Part shown: positions 39,416-53,015 of the stretch, piece by piece | Layout of the letters: every line of letters starts with the position of its first letter | Numbering within the stretch: position 1 is the first letter of the stretch | Assembly: GCA_951406725.2 (NCBI GenBank) | Contig: OX597822.1 | Coordinates: 52,018,001-52,082,000 of the forward strand | DNA: 64,000 bases | Reading direction: 5' to 3' | Origin: Octopus vulgaris | Lineage: Eukaryota | The notes under the pieces: generated by a model | The model's input: only the letters and a program-made list of their open reading frames with translations | Databases searched by the model: none | Told to the model about the DNA's origin: nothing | Translations under genes and position numbers: made by a program

Positions 39416-39614
39416 GTATATTTTCCACTTAAATGTGGCTAACCACTAAGGGTGGATGCTACTGTAGCTTGTAGCCCCAGGAGAACATCTTCTCCAGCTG
39501 GCTATTGACACACTTTCTGTGCCCTATCAGTATTTGCAAAAGGGAAGCCATCCTTCCCATCGTCGACGTGACGTGATACGCATGGACCCGGGTTTCTGAA
39601 TATTTACCCGTCGT

Positions 39615-39830
39615 CAGCGCACAACATTCACCGCTCTTCGATGCGAAGGGGTCCCAATGCAAATACATATATCCTTTTTCCAGTGATTGTAATCAATGGT
39701 CTGTTGAACCTGCTGGGTAAATTCGGGTGTTCTGATGATTTCAGAGTGTTTAGAATGCTTTCTATGCTTTGATATTGAAACAAAGATTATGCAGTCAGCA
39801 ATGCCCAAAAACGGTATATCCTCAAATACA
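39615..39830 (-). mobile_element. Tc1/mariner (maT-like) N-terminal fragment; related piece at about 40830-40970
   Basis: HRKHSKHSEIIRTPEFTQQVQQTIDYN; ATTGTAATCAATGGTCTGTTGAA shared with about 40923. Confidence 0.55.
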
Positions 39831-39959
39831 TTACATGCTCTGTATATATATTTTATTTTTAATCTTTTATCCCTATATATACGTGTGTGTGTGTGTATGC
39901 ATACATATATATGAATATATACATACATATATACATATATACCGTTAATTCATATGTCT

Positions 39960-41266
39960 CTTGTAAAAGCGTTTTCTACTTTTTACCAAGTGTAGCATTT
40001 TTCTTCAGCGTTTGGTAAACACGTCATTCTCTCAGCTCTGTTTTCCGTTCTTATATGCCCTCAAAATTAACTTTTCACCAATCTTGAAAAATCTTGCTGT
40101 ATTTTCCATTGCAATTTTTCTTTTCCTGACAGGTAGCAATTTGTTGAATACTGATTTTACTTTCCTCGCAAACATCAGCTCTGTTGGTGACATACATGCT
40201 GGTGTATTTGGATTTCCTGTCACACGGTATACTCTTAAGAATTGTTGTAGAACCATCTCACCAGTGACTTCCTTATTCAATTTTCTAAGGACTCTCTTGG
40301 ACATAGACAAAGCGTTCTTCTTGTCCGTCAGATCTGAGATGGTATGACGCCGTAGTTAGATATTCTACAGCGAACGTTTTACAGAGCGTTTTAAATTCAC
40401 AAGACATAGCTTGCGTTCCTTTGTCAGACATTATCGCGTCTGGGATGCCAAATCTCGCAAACATCTCATGTAAAAAATTTGTCACAGTTGAAGAGGTTAG
40501 TTTTTCACACTTACAAATTTCTGGCCATTTAGATAAATTATCAAATATCACTAAGTAGTACGAAGTAGTAAGGACCAGCGAAATCGATGTATAGTCTCGA
40601 CCACGGAACATCTACTTTTGGCCAAGGTTCACTTTTTACCGTCGATAATTTTGCCGCTAGAGCACATACGCTACAGCCTTTCACTAAATTTTCGATTTCA
40701 CTATCCATTTTTGATCAGTACACCTAGCTATGCATTAAAGCTTTCATCCTCGAAATACCAGGATGTCTAAGATCTAGTGAAGTGATTTTTTCTTTTCCTT
40801 TTTCTGACAAATTGACCTTTCCTCATCAAATAAGACTTATATGTCAGATATAAATCTTCGTGGACAACATTTCTGGCTGTTCCTTCTGACACATGGAGAT
40901 GTTTTCCAATTGACTTTCTGGAATTGTAATCAATGGTCTGTTGAATCTGCTGGATAAATTTAGGTGTTAATTTTTTTCATAAAGAACTCCCGTTAACTTG
41001 AACTCGTATTCTCTAATCTTCTTGAGTACCCTTTTAATGTGTTCTACATGTCGTACATATACTCTTACTCTCTCTCTTACTTGTTTCAGTCATTTGACTG
41101 CGGCCATGCTGGAGCACCGCCTTTAGTCGGGCAAATCAACCCCGGGACTTATTCTTTGTAAGCCCAGTACTTATTTTATCGGTCTCTTTTGCCGAACCGC
41201 TAAGTGACGGGGACGTAAACACACCAGCATCAGTTGTCAAGCAATGCTAGGGGGACAAACACAGAC

Positions 41267-41306
<40 letters not shown>

Positions 41307-42120
41307 ATATATACGACAGGCTTCTTTCAGTTTCCGTCTACCAAATTCACTCACAAGGCATTGGTCGGCCCGGGGCTATAGCAGAAGACACTTGCCCAAG
41401 ATGCCACGCAGTGGGACTGAACCCGGAACCATGTGGTTGGTTAGCAAGCTACTTACCACACAGCCACTCCTGCGCCTATGATTCACTTTTTATAAGAATA
41501 TCGTCTAAATAGGCGATAGCAAAATCACAGTCATCCATTATTTCCTGAAATATGGAAGGAAACACTTTTACACCGAAAGGAAGCTGTTTAAATTTAAATA
41601 AGCCACGGTACGTGTTGATGGTTAATAAATGTGAGTATTCTTCTTCTATTTGTATTTGTAGATATGCTTCCGAGAGATCTAATTTCGAGAAGAATTTCCC
41701 GCCATTTAATTTTGCGGACACAAGATTCGGCAATGGGCAGTTATGTGAGATTAGGCAATCATTCAAACCTGTTGAAAAATCTGCACAAACTCTTGTTATT
41801 TTTCCTTTTTATGTAGACCGTAGGTGCTGCCCAGTCTAAGTGGTCCGTCTTCTCGATTGTTCCTAAGCTTTCAAGTCTTTCAAGTTCCTTGTTTGCTTGG
41901 TCTATTACTTGGTCTATTGCCATGAACGTTACATTCCTTTTTGGCTTCAATACAGGTGTTGCACTTTGTTTTACTGCAGTTTTTGCCTTTGTATTCGGGC
42001 AACAGCCCAGTTCCTCCGAGAAAACGCCTGGAAATAAAGGTTTTACATTTCGTTTCAGTTCCTCAGGCACATTAATGTCACTGCCCAAACGGAAAAAGCA
42101 TGAAGTAATTTGATGCAAGC
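39960..42120 (-). mobile_element. Decayed Ty3/Gypsy pol (RT and integrase), with SINE insertion and internal deletion
   Basis: WAAPTV, FSKLDLSEAYLQI, LPFGVK, AYLDDILI; HPGISRMK zinc-binding region; SKWPEI, FARFGIPDAIMSDKGTQ, DGQEERFV, SPTELMFARK; RT frame rejoins across SINE 41061-41476 (KSESY|VRHVEH). Confidence 0.92.
41061..41476 (-). mobile_element. SINE family A, full length, inserted just after the Gypsy YLDD motif
   Basis: Near-identical to 51363-51774. Confidence 0.95.
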
Positions 42121-42294
42121 AGTGGAACGAGAAGAAAGAAAAGAAAAGTAAGCAAACCTAAGGCGGTGCTCCAGCATGACCGCAGTCAAATTACTGAAAC
42201 AAGTAAAAACCATAATCTTCGTCTGCTTTGACTGTAGAAACCATTACTGATGTAGCTGGTGTCGGGGTTAGCCATATTTAGGTGGCAAATATAC

Positions 42295-42463
<169 letters not shown>

Positions 42464-43229
42464 GTGCTTGTTGGGTTGTCCGATAAAATAGTTCGTTATT
42501 GTCTACTTGGCACTTCATCACCATATATCTGGAAAGATTTAAATTTCAAAAGCGACGATTAAAAATTGTTGAGGAAGAATAGAGCTACGAAGAAGAAACC
42601 ATAAAACGTTACAAATACGCCTACAGCGTAGGAAATATTATTTTCAATGATGGGAATGTTAAAGAGAAAGAGGGGGACGTTTATTCGTTTACAGTTTATA
42701 GGTGGTCATGGTGACAATAAGAAACAAAGACGTAAAATCGAATAGGAATAAGTGACAGTATCAGATGTAAAAATGTTGCTGAAGTTCATTAAACTCACGT
42801 TACAATAAAATAATATTATGGATAATAAAACAAAATATATTACATATGATAAATTTTACACGGTCACATATGCAGAATATAATGTTGTAGAGAAATAAAT
42901 TTCGGAAGAATAATAATTTAATATTCAGTTCTATGCTTTTGCATTATGAGATACACGAACATACACACACACACACACACACACATAAAACAAACAAGCA
43001 AAAGTTATTTGCTGCTTTGTTTTCTTTTAAGATTGGTACTTATTCTACCTATCTCCTTTTGCAGAACCGCTAAGTTACGGGACTCGAATTTAACAATACC
43101 AGTTGTCAAGTTATTACACACACACACACACACACGCACTCGTACTCGCACGCACATATACATATAGAATTTAATTAAGATTCAGTTGAATTAGGCACTT
43201 AAATTGAGGCACCTCGTTAGGTCGGTGAC

Positions 43230-43530
43230 CACCGTGACCGACCAGGCTATCAGATGTTGCTACACATCGCTGGTCACAATGCGCTTCGCATCGTTTTAGC
43301 CTTCAAGTGACGCTAACCCGCTGGCTAAGCGAGCAGGCCAACAGAAGAAAGAGTAAGAGAAAGTTGTGGCGAAAGACTACAGCAGGGATCGCCACCACCC
43401 CCTGCGGGAGTTTCGTGGAGCTTTAGGTGTTTTCGCTCAATAAACACTCACAACGCTGATCTGGGAATCGAAACCGCGATCCTACAACCGAGAGTCCGCT
43501 GCCCCAACCACTGGGCCATTGCGCCTCCAC
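43230..43530 (-). mobile_element. SINE family C, tail type 2
   Basis: Reverse complement of 61161-61466. Confidence 0.93.
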
Positions 43531-44081
43531 ATAATATACTCACACAACAATATTATGTAAAAATCAAACTTCGTATATAAATACTGGCCAAATGAGATTT
43601 TAGTAGTGTATGTAGACAATTAGACCCAGATAAGTAAAGAAATCCGCTCTTGTGCTATTCAGAAATAATATTAAATTCGGACATTATATATTAAATTCAG
43701 ACCTTACATTAAATATATGGTCCATAAAGGCAGATTCCGAGACAGGTGAATAAACTAAAAATGAGTAACAGTAAACAGAATTTCTGTCAACTGAAGCAGT
43801 AACAGAATCACTGTAAATGTTTTTGCTCCGTGGATTTTAAACAATGTTAAATCATTTCGAGTGTCCTTCATTTTGAAGTTCATGAATTCATCTGACGAAA
43901 ACGGTTTCTTTACAATGATGTAATGTTTTTATTAATCAATAAAAAGATTTATTAGAAACGGCCGTAATTGATTGGCATCTGCACCTCTACTGGTTACTCA
44001 TTTTATATATATATAAGAATTTTTTGCGTAGTGAGATAAAAAAAAACAACGCTGTGTAGATAGAACATTTATAGATAGAAG

Positions 44082-44133
44082 GTCTTACAGCTGTTTTCAG
44101 GATATTTATTTATTATATCCCTTCATCGGAGAC
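44082..44133 (-). ncRNA. Minimal hammerhead-like motif (CCGAUGA variant)
   Basis: GTCT-CCGATGA-AG-GGATAT..ATATCC-T-GAAAAC-AGCT-GTA-AGAC; stem I GTCT/AGAC. Confidence 0.6.
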
Positions 44134-44164
44134 GGTGTGAGAGGATGGTCATATATATAACAGG

Positions 44165-44199
<35 letters not shown>

Positions 44200-45025
44200 A
44201 CTTAGATATGTTTCGACCAAAGATTAGGCCATGTCTAACTTAATAGCACCACCTGATAGGATTAGCTAAATCCTTTTTAATTCAGGTTTTGTGGTATCAT
44301 GGCCCATTCGAGCAGGGAGTTCTTGTTGATTGAATTGCATCCATGTATAGGTGCTTTATTTGGTACCCCTTGAAGAAATTTGTCAAGATTTCGTTTAAAG
44401 GTGACGGGGTACTTTTCTTCTTTTATCTCTTTCGGGACAATATTAAATAGGGCAGGGCCTGTTAAGGTAAAGAAATTGTTTTGCAGTGTATTTATGTGTT
44501 ATGATCCTGAACTGGATAGTGGATGAATTTTGAAGCTAACGTTGAGGTCGTTTGCGTAATGCTGGTAATATATTCTCCACAACGCGCAAATGATGTATCA
44601 CTCGCGACGGCGCTGGCGAGAATAGAGTTTCAATGTTTTAAGGCGAACCCAATAATCAAGATCAGTCACGCCTTTAATTCTTTTAGTGAATGACCTCTGG
44701 GGTAATTCAATTTTCGAGATGTTTTGTTTTGTATGGGGAGACCACAGGGGTCAGCAGTATTTGAGGTGTGGCCGTACAAAGGAGGAGAAAAGGAATGATG
44801 ACACCTTGTTCTCTGGACTGGAACGTTTTTAGGTTCCAGGAGCTCATCCTACGAGCTATATCGACTTTATCGTTGATATGGGCACTCCAATTAAGATTCT
44901 TATCAACAATTACTCCTATGTCTCTGATATTATTAGATGCTGTAAGTGGTTCTCCTGAAGGAAGAGGGTATGGCTGTTTTAGCATAGTCTTTGTTCCAAA
45001 TTGCATCAGCTCAAATTTTCCCTTG
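44200..45025 (-). mobile_element. CR1/L2-like LINE 3' fragment, decayed
   Basis: IRDIGVIVDKNLNWSAHI, YWVRLKTLKLYSRQRRRE, GPALFNIVPKEIK; 3' tail GGTGGTGC..CATGGCC..GAAAC. Confidence 0.88.
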
Positions 45026-45481
45026 TGTGTATAGATACAAGAACGTGTGTGAAATTTGAGTAGTGACTGCTGCTTCTGCTGTCATCTACGGTTGCTTTCG
45101 GGGTAAGAGGCGGAGAGAACTGCTTTCAATTTCCATCTACCAATCACTATATTATGGTCGGGCCGAGGCTAGAGTGTAAGACATCTGTCCAAGGTGACAC
45201 GCAGCGGAACCGAACCAGGAGAAACGTGGTTGAGGGGCAAGCTTCTTACCACATACACACGCCTGCGTCTGTATATACACTTTAATTAATATACCCAGTC
45301 TACTGACATATATACCAGTGCATTTTATTCTGACTTATGGGTTCTTAGATAATTTTATAATATTTGTGTGTTTGTGTATCAGTGCATAAATATATGTATG
45401 TATATTCATATAAGTACATGTGTGTGTATGTTTGTTATATGCATATACTAATACACTCACACATACACGTATCCGTGTGTG

Positions 45482-45527
<46 letters not shown>

Positions 45528-45601
45528 TGTATGTGTATATATATATATATATATATATAATGTATATATATATATATATATATATATAATGTATATATGT
45601 A

Positions 45602-45951
45602 AAAAACCCCCTTCGGTCATGAATGACCATGGGATTGCACCTAGAAAGTTACCCTCCTAGACACAAGTCTGGGCAAGGTTGTTTTTTTTTGTTTTTTTTT
45701 TTTTATGGAAGGCCAGCAGTCGCCCATGCATACCAGCCTCCCCTCTCCACGCCACCAGTGTTATCCAAGGGAAAGACAAAGGTCGATACAGCTTGGCACC
45801 AGTGACGTCGCAACTCATTTCTACAGCTGAGTGAACTGGAGCAACGTGAAATAAAGTGCCTTGCTCGAGAACACAACACGCAGCCCGGTCCGGGATTCGA
45901 GCTCACAACCTCACGATCGTAAGCTCGACGCTCTAACCACTGAGCCATGCG
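45602..45951 (-). mobile_element. SINE family D (tRNA head plus CORE-like domain); old partial copy at about 56170-56295
   Basis: TGGCTCAGTGG A-box, CTCGAATCCC B-box, GTGTTCTCGAGCAAGGCACTTTATTTCAC. Confidence 0.88.
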
Positions 45952-46150
45952 ATATATATATATATAATGTATATATGTACGAGCGTATGTATGCATGTAT
46001 ATATGAATGTATGTATATAAAACATCCAAAGTATATTCTCCCCTAACATGTCAATGAAACACAATCGCCGAAACGTAAATATTACGTGGCCGATATTTCA
46101 TAATGGTTATCTGCTGTTACACATACACACACACTGACACACACACACAC

Positions 46151-46189
<39 letters not shown>

Positions 46190-46335
46190 TGCACACAAAG
46201 TTTGGTATTCATATATTTTGTGCGACTCTATGTGTGTCTCTGTGAATATATGTGCCCATGTGAGTGCCACTGTGAATGTGTATGTGCCAATGAAACTATC
46301 CATCTATCCATCCATACATACGCACATGAATATTT

Positions 46336-46437
<102 letters not shown>

Positions 46438-47066
46438 TTACATATATGTATATATTCAAATATATGTTTCGGTGGGCACACATTTTTGTTATAACTTTAA
46501 ACCGAAAATTTTTCGGCGAAAATATATTACTATAATTTGATACCCAGTTTGATATAATTCCTCTTAAGTTTCCCGAAAATTCATTGCCTATTGACGCTAT
46601 TTTGAAGCGATACGTTGTAGAAGGTTTTAATTAGAATTAGCCTGATAAAATTCAGGAAAAATATATAAAATGTTTCGGATCATCACCTTGCTTCCACCAC
46701 CGAGTTTCTTATCGGCAATTTCTGTAGCATTGATATTGTTTATACCTTTGTTTTTTTTAGAAGTTTTTCATGTTTGAATTATAAACATTATATAAACGTA
46801 TTTCAGTTGAATATGCGTGGCAAAGAGAGTTTTCGAGGAATAAACCCGTTTAGTGAGAACATTCGAGCCCTCTCCGAACGTTATCAACTTAAGCGCAATC
46901 TCCACATTTGCAACTGCATTTCTTTAAAGTTTTGCATTAAAAGAAACATTTCCAGCAATCAGATTCGAAAATAAATGGTTTGGGAGGGTGTGTCATTTTC
47001 TTTCATTATTATATCTATCGTCAGTTTTGATTAATACAGGTATGCTAATATGTATTTGTGTATGTG

Positions 47067-47115
<49 letters not shown>

Positions 47116-47139
47116 ACAGGCAGGCAGACAGACAGACAG

Positions 47140-47415
47140 CCAAGACATCCAAGACGACCAGTCTACTCTCCGGGTCCAGGAATATTCCCCTTACTTTGAA
47201 GTCCAGACTCTTCCGAAAAAGCACCGCGGTACCACCTCCGCCTATTCTCGGCAGACGCGAAGAAAAATGAATGTCGAATTGTCCGCCGAACATGTGCTGG
47301 AGGGCTCGCGGATTGTGGTGTCTGGTCTCACTGATGCCTATGGTATCCACATTCTGTGACTTGATGTCATTTGACAGGTAGCCTTGTTTCCAAGACGATC
47401 CCAAGCCACGCACAT
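47140..47415 (-). mobile_element. APE endonuclease N-terminus of an L1/Tx1-like LINE
   Basis: NVRGLG..VDTIGISET..GGTAVLFRK..DPESRLVVLDV. Confidence 0.8.
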
Positions 47416-47564
47416 TTGTAAATACACATTTATTAGACTACTTCCTTCCGAAGATAGGTCTTTGCACCCGAAATATGAAAGTTTTTGTAAAATTTTCTTT
47501 ACTTCTCTTTTCTTTCATTTTCTACTTATATATGTTTGTATGTATATGCATCCACACACACACA

Positions 47565-47617
<53 letters not shown>

Positions 47618-47675
47618 CTACATGTGGATTTTTTTGTTCCGTCTTCTTTTTCTCTTGGGCTTTCCTTTGTCGCTT

Positions 47676-47710
47676 GTTTCTGAAGAAGAGCTTTGCTCGA
47701 AACGTAAAAC
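47676..47710 (+). ncRNA. Minimal hammerhead ribozyme motif in a PLE pseudo-LTR-like segment (about 47615-47805)
   Basis: GTTT-CTGAAGA-A-GAGC-TTT-GCTC-GAAAC-GTA-AAAC. Confidence 0.75.
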
Positions 47711-47805
47711 TAACTTTCCTTCCTTTCCTGAGCCTCTGTTAATACTTTGCATATACCACGTCCTCGCGTTGTTGTGCTTTTCTTCGTTTCTTAGTGGGAT
47801 TAATT

Positions 47806-47878
<73 letters not shown>

Positions 47879-47883
47879 TAGAC

Positions 47884-47992
<109 letters not shown>

Positions 47993-48059
47993 TTAAATCG
48001 TCCATACTACATTATATTGTATCATGTTGTTATATTACATATGACATCAAAAATGTGAT

Positions 48060-49240
48060 CAAACAGATCACATTTTGATAAAACGGCAAAATAAAAAGTC
48101 GTTGCCAGATGCTAAAAGATACCGAGTTGCAAATATTGGAATTGAACATCAGCTAGTGACAGAGCGGATTCAGTTAAAGTCGAAGGTTGGAGAAATGAAA
48201 GAAGAGATTACCAGGTTTGATAAAGAAAAGTTGAAAGATGTAAGAATTAAAGATTTTGTAATTGAAAGTCGTAATCGATTTGTAGTTCCCTGAAGCTATA
48301 AATGGAGATGATGTAGAAATCAATGTTATGTGGAATAATGTGAAGGAAGTATATCAGAGTGCAACCTAAATGGGGTTTTTTTTTTTTCGCTTTTTTCGCT
48401 ATTTTTATTATTCGGGGCAGAGGAATAATGAAATGAAGAAAATGTATTTCGTATGAAACAAAGGAAGTTATTGTGATACGAAAAGAACAAAAAAAATTTA
48501 ATTGTAGGAAATCGCTTTGAGAATAGAATGGTATTCAAATGAGAGAAATAGCAACATGTTAAGTCACAACAGAGAAAAGAAAAAGGGAGTTCAGCAAGAG
48601 ATAAGAGTAGATACTTGGTAGTTGAATTAATAAAACAAAGAGTTTACTTAGTACAAAGATGAAAGGAACCAGAAAAGTTTGAAGAGAAAGAAATGAGATT
48701 GCAGGCGAAGTAAAGAAATAAAAGCAATAACTGCATTTACTATGTACGGAAAACTAATAGCATATCTGATATCAATATCCAAGAAACAAAGGGCACGCTT
48801 TTGAAAAAAAACATGAACAAGGCGTTTAGGGAGGACATTTTATTGATAATTCGATAAACAAGATATTGGAGGTGGAAATAGGTGTACATGAAATATCTTC
48901 AATATACAAAGAAATAACTAGTATCACTGAACAATTAACCGTCGTAAACTTCTGGATTAGATGAAATTGTAAGATGCCCCCTAAAAACAGATGTTTGGTA
49001 TTGTATGGGATATAGGAATATGTAGTATAGATTTAGGAAGGAAAGAAAGAATGCAGAGCTTACAGAGACTTTGTTTTCAGTTTTGGGCGATATTATTTAT
49101 TCCTAGCGTTCAAACTGCGAATCTAACTGCTAATCAATGTAAAAGCTTGCATCATGATAAAGATATTTGCATTTCTTTAGGTGGAGTTGCTGGTTTAGTT
49201 GCTCTAAGCAAGTTCAGTTTGTACTATGTTACAAAGTTAC
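48060..49240 (+). mobile_element. Highly decayed RTE-like LINE (APE C-terminus and linker)
   Basis: KSLPDAKRYRVANIGIEHQLVTERIQLK..SRNRF resembles the RTE motif DVR..RGADIGSDHxLV. Confidence 0.6.
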
Positions 49241-49242
49241 CA

Positions 49243-49404
49243 GGCGCAGGAGTGACTGTGTGGTAAGTAGCTTGCTTACCAACCACATGGTTCCGGGTTC
49301 AGTCCCACTGCGTGGCACCTTGGGCAAGTGTCTTCTACTATAGCCTCGGGCCGACCAAAGCCTTGTGAGTGGATTTGGTAGACGGAAACTGAAAGAAGCC
49401 CGTC

Positions 49405-49462
<58 letters not shown>

Positions 49463-49686
49463 GTATGTGTTTGTGTGTCTGTGTTTGTCCCCCTAGCATT
49501 GCTTGACAACCGATGCTGGTGTGTTTATATCCCCGTCACTTAGCGGTTCGACAAAACAGACCGATAGAATAAGCACTGGGCTTACAAAGAATAAGTGCCG
49601 GGGTCGAGTTGCTCGATTAAAGGCGGTGCTCCAGCATGGCCGCTGTCAAATGACTGAAACAAGTAAAAGAGTAAAGAGTAAAGAGT
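49243..49686 (+). mobile_element. SINE family A, full length
   Basis: Same structure as the 24344 copy. Confidence 0.95.
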
Positions 49687-49757
49687 GTCAGGTGTACATC
49701 TATATTATATTTATAGACGAACAGAGGCACAAACAGAGAAATACATCCTTTTTTTTT

Positions 49758-50085
49758 CTTTTACTTATTTGAATGAACTGAGGCTATGCTGGGGCACCAC
49801 CTTCAAAGGTTAAGTCGAACATATCGACACCAATACTTGTATTTCTTTAAACTTATTACTTATCCTATCGGTTCTTTTATGCTGAACCGCTAAGTTATGG
49901 GGAAGTAAACAAACCAACACTTTTTGCCAAGCGGTGGCCTTGGACAAACACAGACACAAAGACACACACTCACCTACCTAAATCCACTCTAAAGCCTTTG
50001 GTCACCCCAGGACTACAGTATAAAACAGTTGCCCATAGTGCTGCAGTGGTTTCGAAGCAAACTTTTAACCACACAGTCACGTCTG
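49758..50085 (-). mobile_element. SINE family A, old internally deleted copy
   Basis: ATGCTGGGGCACCAC, GAACCGCTAAGTTA, AAATCCACTC..AAGCCTTTGGTC. Confidence 0.75.
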
Positions 50086-50383
50086 CACTTATGTGTTTGT
50101 ATATGTGTATATGTATATGTAGGCAAGAATTTAATGAAAGTTTTTCGTGCAATCATAATATCTTAAAAAATTTCTCTAAACATTAAAACTGTCCCCCAAA
50201 ACATCTTTGTTAAACATACTAACACAGAATTGATGTAAGATACGAAGAGGTAATTTCTGAAAGCGCTTACACAACGATCTTCTACATATCTTCCATATGG
50301 TCTGCATCAATCTGTTTTTGAAGATGTTTTAGTAATTCTTAAAGAAATATTGTACATACATGCACACACACAGACGCACACAC

Positions 50384-50514
<131 letters not shown>

Positions 50515-50515
50515 G

Positions 50516-50596
<81 letters not shown>

Positions 50597-51362
50597 TGCA
50601 TATGCACACAGACACTCACACGCACATACCCACATGTATGTATGTACGTATGTATGTATGTTTTTATGTATGTATGTATGTATGTATGTATGTATGTATG
50701 CGTATGATCGGGAGGTCTATGTATCTTATGTAAACATGTATCTATACATGTTATGAATATTAGTGTAATCTTTCCCTCTGTGAATGTCAAAATGAATTGA
50801 TTTCTTTTTGACTAAGACAAGGTTAAACTATAATGGAGATCCGAAACGACTGTTTGTACAACTTGGTACTTATAATAACATATTAATCTCGAAATTGCCT
50901 TCCTACACATATAGTAAATGAATGCACATTGTGATCTATAAAGCATACTACATTTCTTCATTTGTACATTTTTTTTGTACTTAAATAATCTTGTTTGATG
51001 CAGGCTAATACGATTTCTTTACCGTAGACGTCACATTTCAAAATATTTTTATACCATATTTTTTTAAAACATCTTTTTTAAATCGTATTTGTGAATCATT
51101 TTATTTTCTATAGAAAAATAAGGTTTACAAAATTTGTGAACTTCTGTAAACAATAGCGTCATTGACTCTTTCCAACTGGCCAATAGTATCAATGATTTAT
51201 CTGTGCAAACGACCGAAAAATACCGAAAGTCATTTTTGTCCGAAAGCACCGCTTTATCAGTTTCCTTACCAATGTTTTTATCTCAACGATATGCATCGAT
51301 GAAGTATATACACAAACACACACAGTTACAAACACACAAATTTACCCACACGACTGACTTCC

Positions 51363-51774
51363 TTTTTACTCTTTACTCTTTTACTTGTTTCAGTCATTTA
51401 ACTGCGGCCATGCTGGAGCACCGCTTTTAGTCGAGCAAATCGACCCCGGGACTTATTCTTTGTAAGCCCAGTACTTATTTTATCGGTCTCTTTTGCCGAA
51501 CCGCTAAGTGACGGGGACGTAAACACACCAGCATCGGTTGTCAAGCAATGCTAGGGGGACAAACACAGACACACAAACATATACACACACACATATATAT
51601 ATACATATATACGACAGGCTTCTTTCAGTTTCCGTCTACCAAATCCACTCACAAGGCTTTGGTAGGCCCGGGGCTATAGCAGAAGACACTTGCCCAAGAT
51701 GCCACGCAGTGGGACTGAACCCGGAACCATGTGGTTGGTAAGCAAGCTACTTACCACACAGCCACTCCTGCGCC
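51363..51774 (-). mobile_element. SINE family A, full length
   Basis: Near-identical to 41061-41476. Confidence 0.95.
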
Positions 51775-52628
51775 TTCCGTAGTTTTCGTCAACTAAATTC
51801 CATCCACAGCAGAGGCTTTCTCAAGCTGCTGTATAGCATCGAAACAGGAAACTCACAACTGGTAACAGAATTTATAACCGCGCAGCCAGGTCAATTACTC
51901 CACGTTTTTGTTTTTCTTTCTGGTTCAAGAGATGTACAATATCGATATCATTTCACGAAGGGTATTTAAACCGAGAAGTGGACACCTAATCCAGTTGATC
52001 ATTCATTTTCTCATCTGATAATTGTCGTAATGACCGAAGAGTTCCTTCTTCCCTATCCCTCTGTCACTCTTACTAACGACATCCAAATTAATCAATAACT
52101 TAATGCTTCCCTTCTTTAACTAAATGAAAATGCCTGTATTTAAAGGGAAAATAAGATTCGGGCATTACGACAACCAGTCTTTTCCTAAGGTGCAACGAAA
52201 GAGAAAGTGCTTCAGCTGTGAGAAGCAACTGACTCTTAACGTGATTTGCATCACTTTTTTTTCTTTTTTTTTTTTTGGCTTTAAATTTAGTCACTGCTAA
52301 AACAAGTCACATTCTTTTATTATTCAGGGTTCGATAAATAAAGTACCGATTCAAAAAGTGAAACTGTTGAAAAAGTTAGGGAGTCGGAGGAAGATTACAT
52401 TGTAATTGTTCCAACTTTTTGCGTTGTGGGTTCAGATCTCAACACGGCCTACATATTTTGTAGAAGTAAACCGTCTCTCAGTTTAGCACCATCAAATGAT
52501 ACTAGGATGTCTTTGGCAAAGTCCACTCAGTAATAAACATACTGGATATGTCTTCACTTTGAAAAAAAAGTGATATATTCCTCCTTTCCTTTCAACAGTC
52601 TCGTAGCCACTGCCCTCTACTAATGACT

Positions 52629-53015
52629 GTGGAGGCGCAATGGCCCAGTGGTTAGGGCAGTGGACTCGCGGTCATAGGATCGCGGTTTCGATTCCCAGAC
52701 CGGGCGTTGTGAGTGTTTATTGAGCGAAAACACCTAAAGCTCCACGAGGCTCCGGCAGGGGATGGTGGTGATACCTGCTGTACTCTTTCACCACAACTTT
52801 CTCTCACTCTTACTTCCTGTTTCTGTTGTACCTGTATTTCAAAGGGCCGGCCTTGTCACTCTCTATGTCACGCTGAATATCCCCGAGAACTACGTTAAGG
52901 GTACACGTGTTTCTGTGGAGTGCTCAGCCACTTACACGTTAATTTCACGAGCAGGCTGTTCCGTTGATTCGGATCAACCGGAATCCTCGTCGTCGTAACC
53001 GACGGAGTGCGTCCA
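52629..53015 (+). mobile_element. SINE family C, tail type 1, with 12-bp TSD
   Basis: A-box TGGCCCAGTGG, B-box-like GGTTTCGATTCC; CTACTAATGACT at 52617-52628 and 53016-53027. Confidence 0.95.

Noticed and set aside
39960-42120. Gypsy pol as an intact or domesticated gene
   Set aside because: Multiple stops and frameshifts, a SINE insertion, missing RNase H region and no LTR pair found
43663-43745. Phase-2-compatible open segment containing LTLNIW (receptor-like) with donor CAG|GTGAAT
   Set aside because: Built from a local tandem duplication of about 20 bp (ATATTAAATTC.GAC.TTA); lacks the expected WxD motif
52629-52705. tRNA-like sequences (also near 24350, 45880-45950, 61161)
   Set aside because: A/B boxes are present but there is no proper acceptor stem, and they continue into repeated SINE bodies; SINE heads, not tRNA genes
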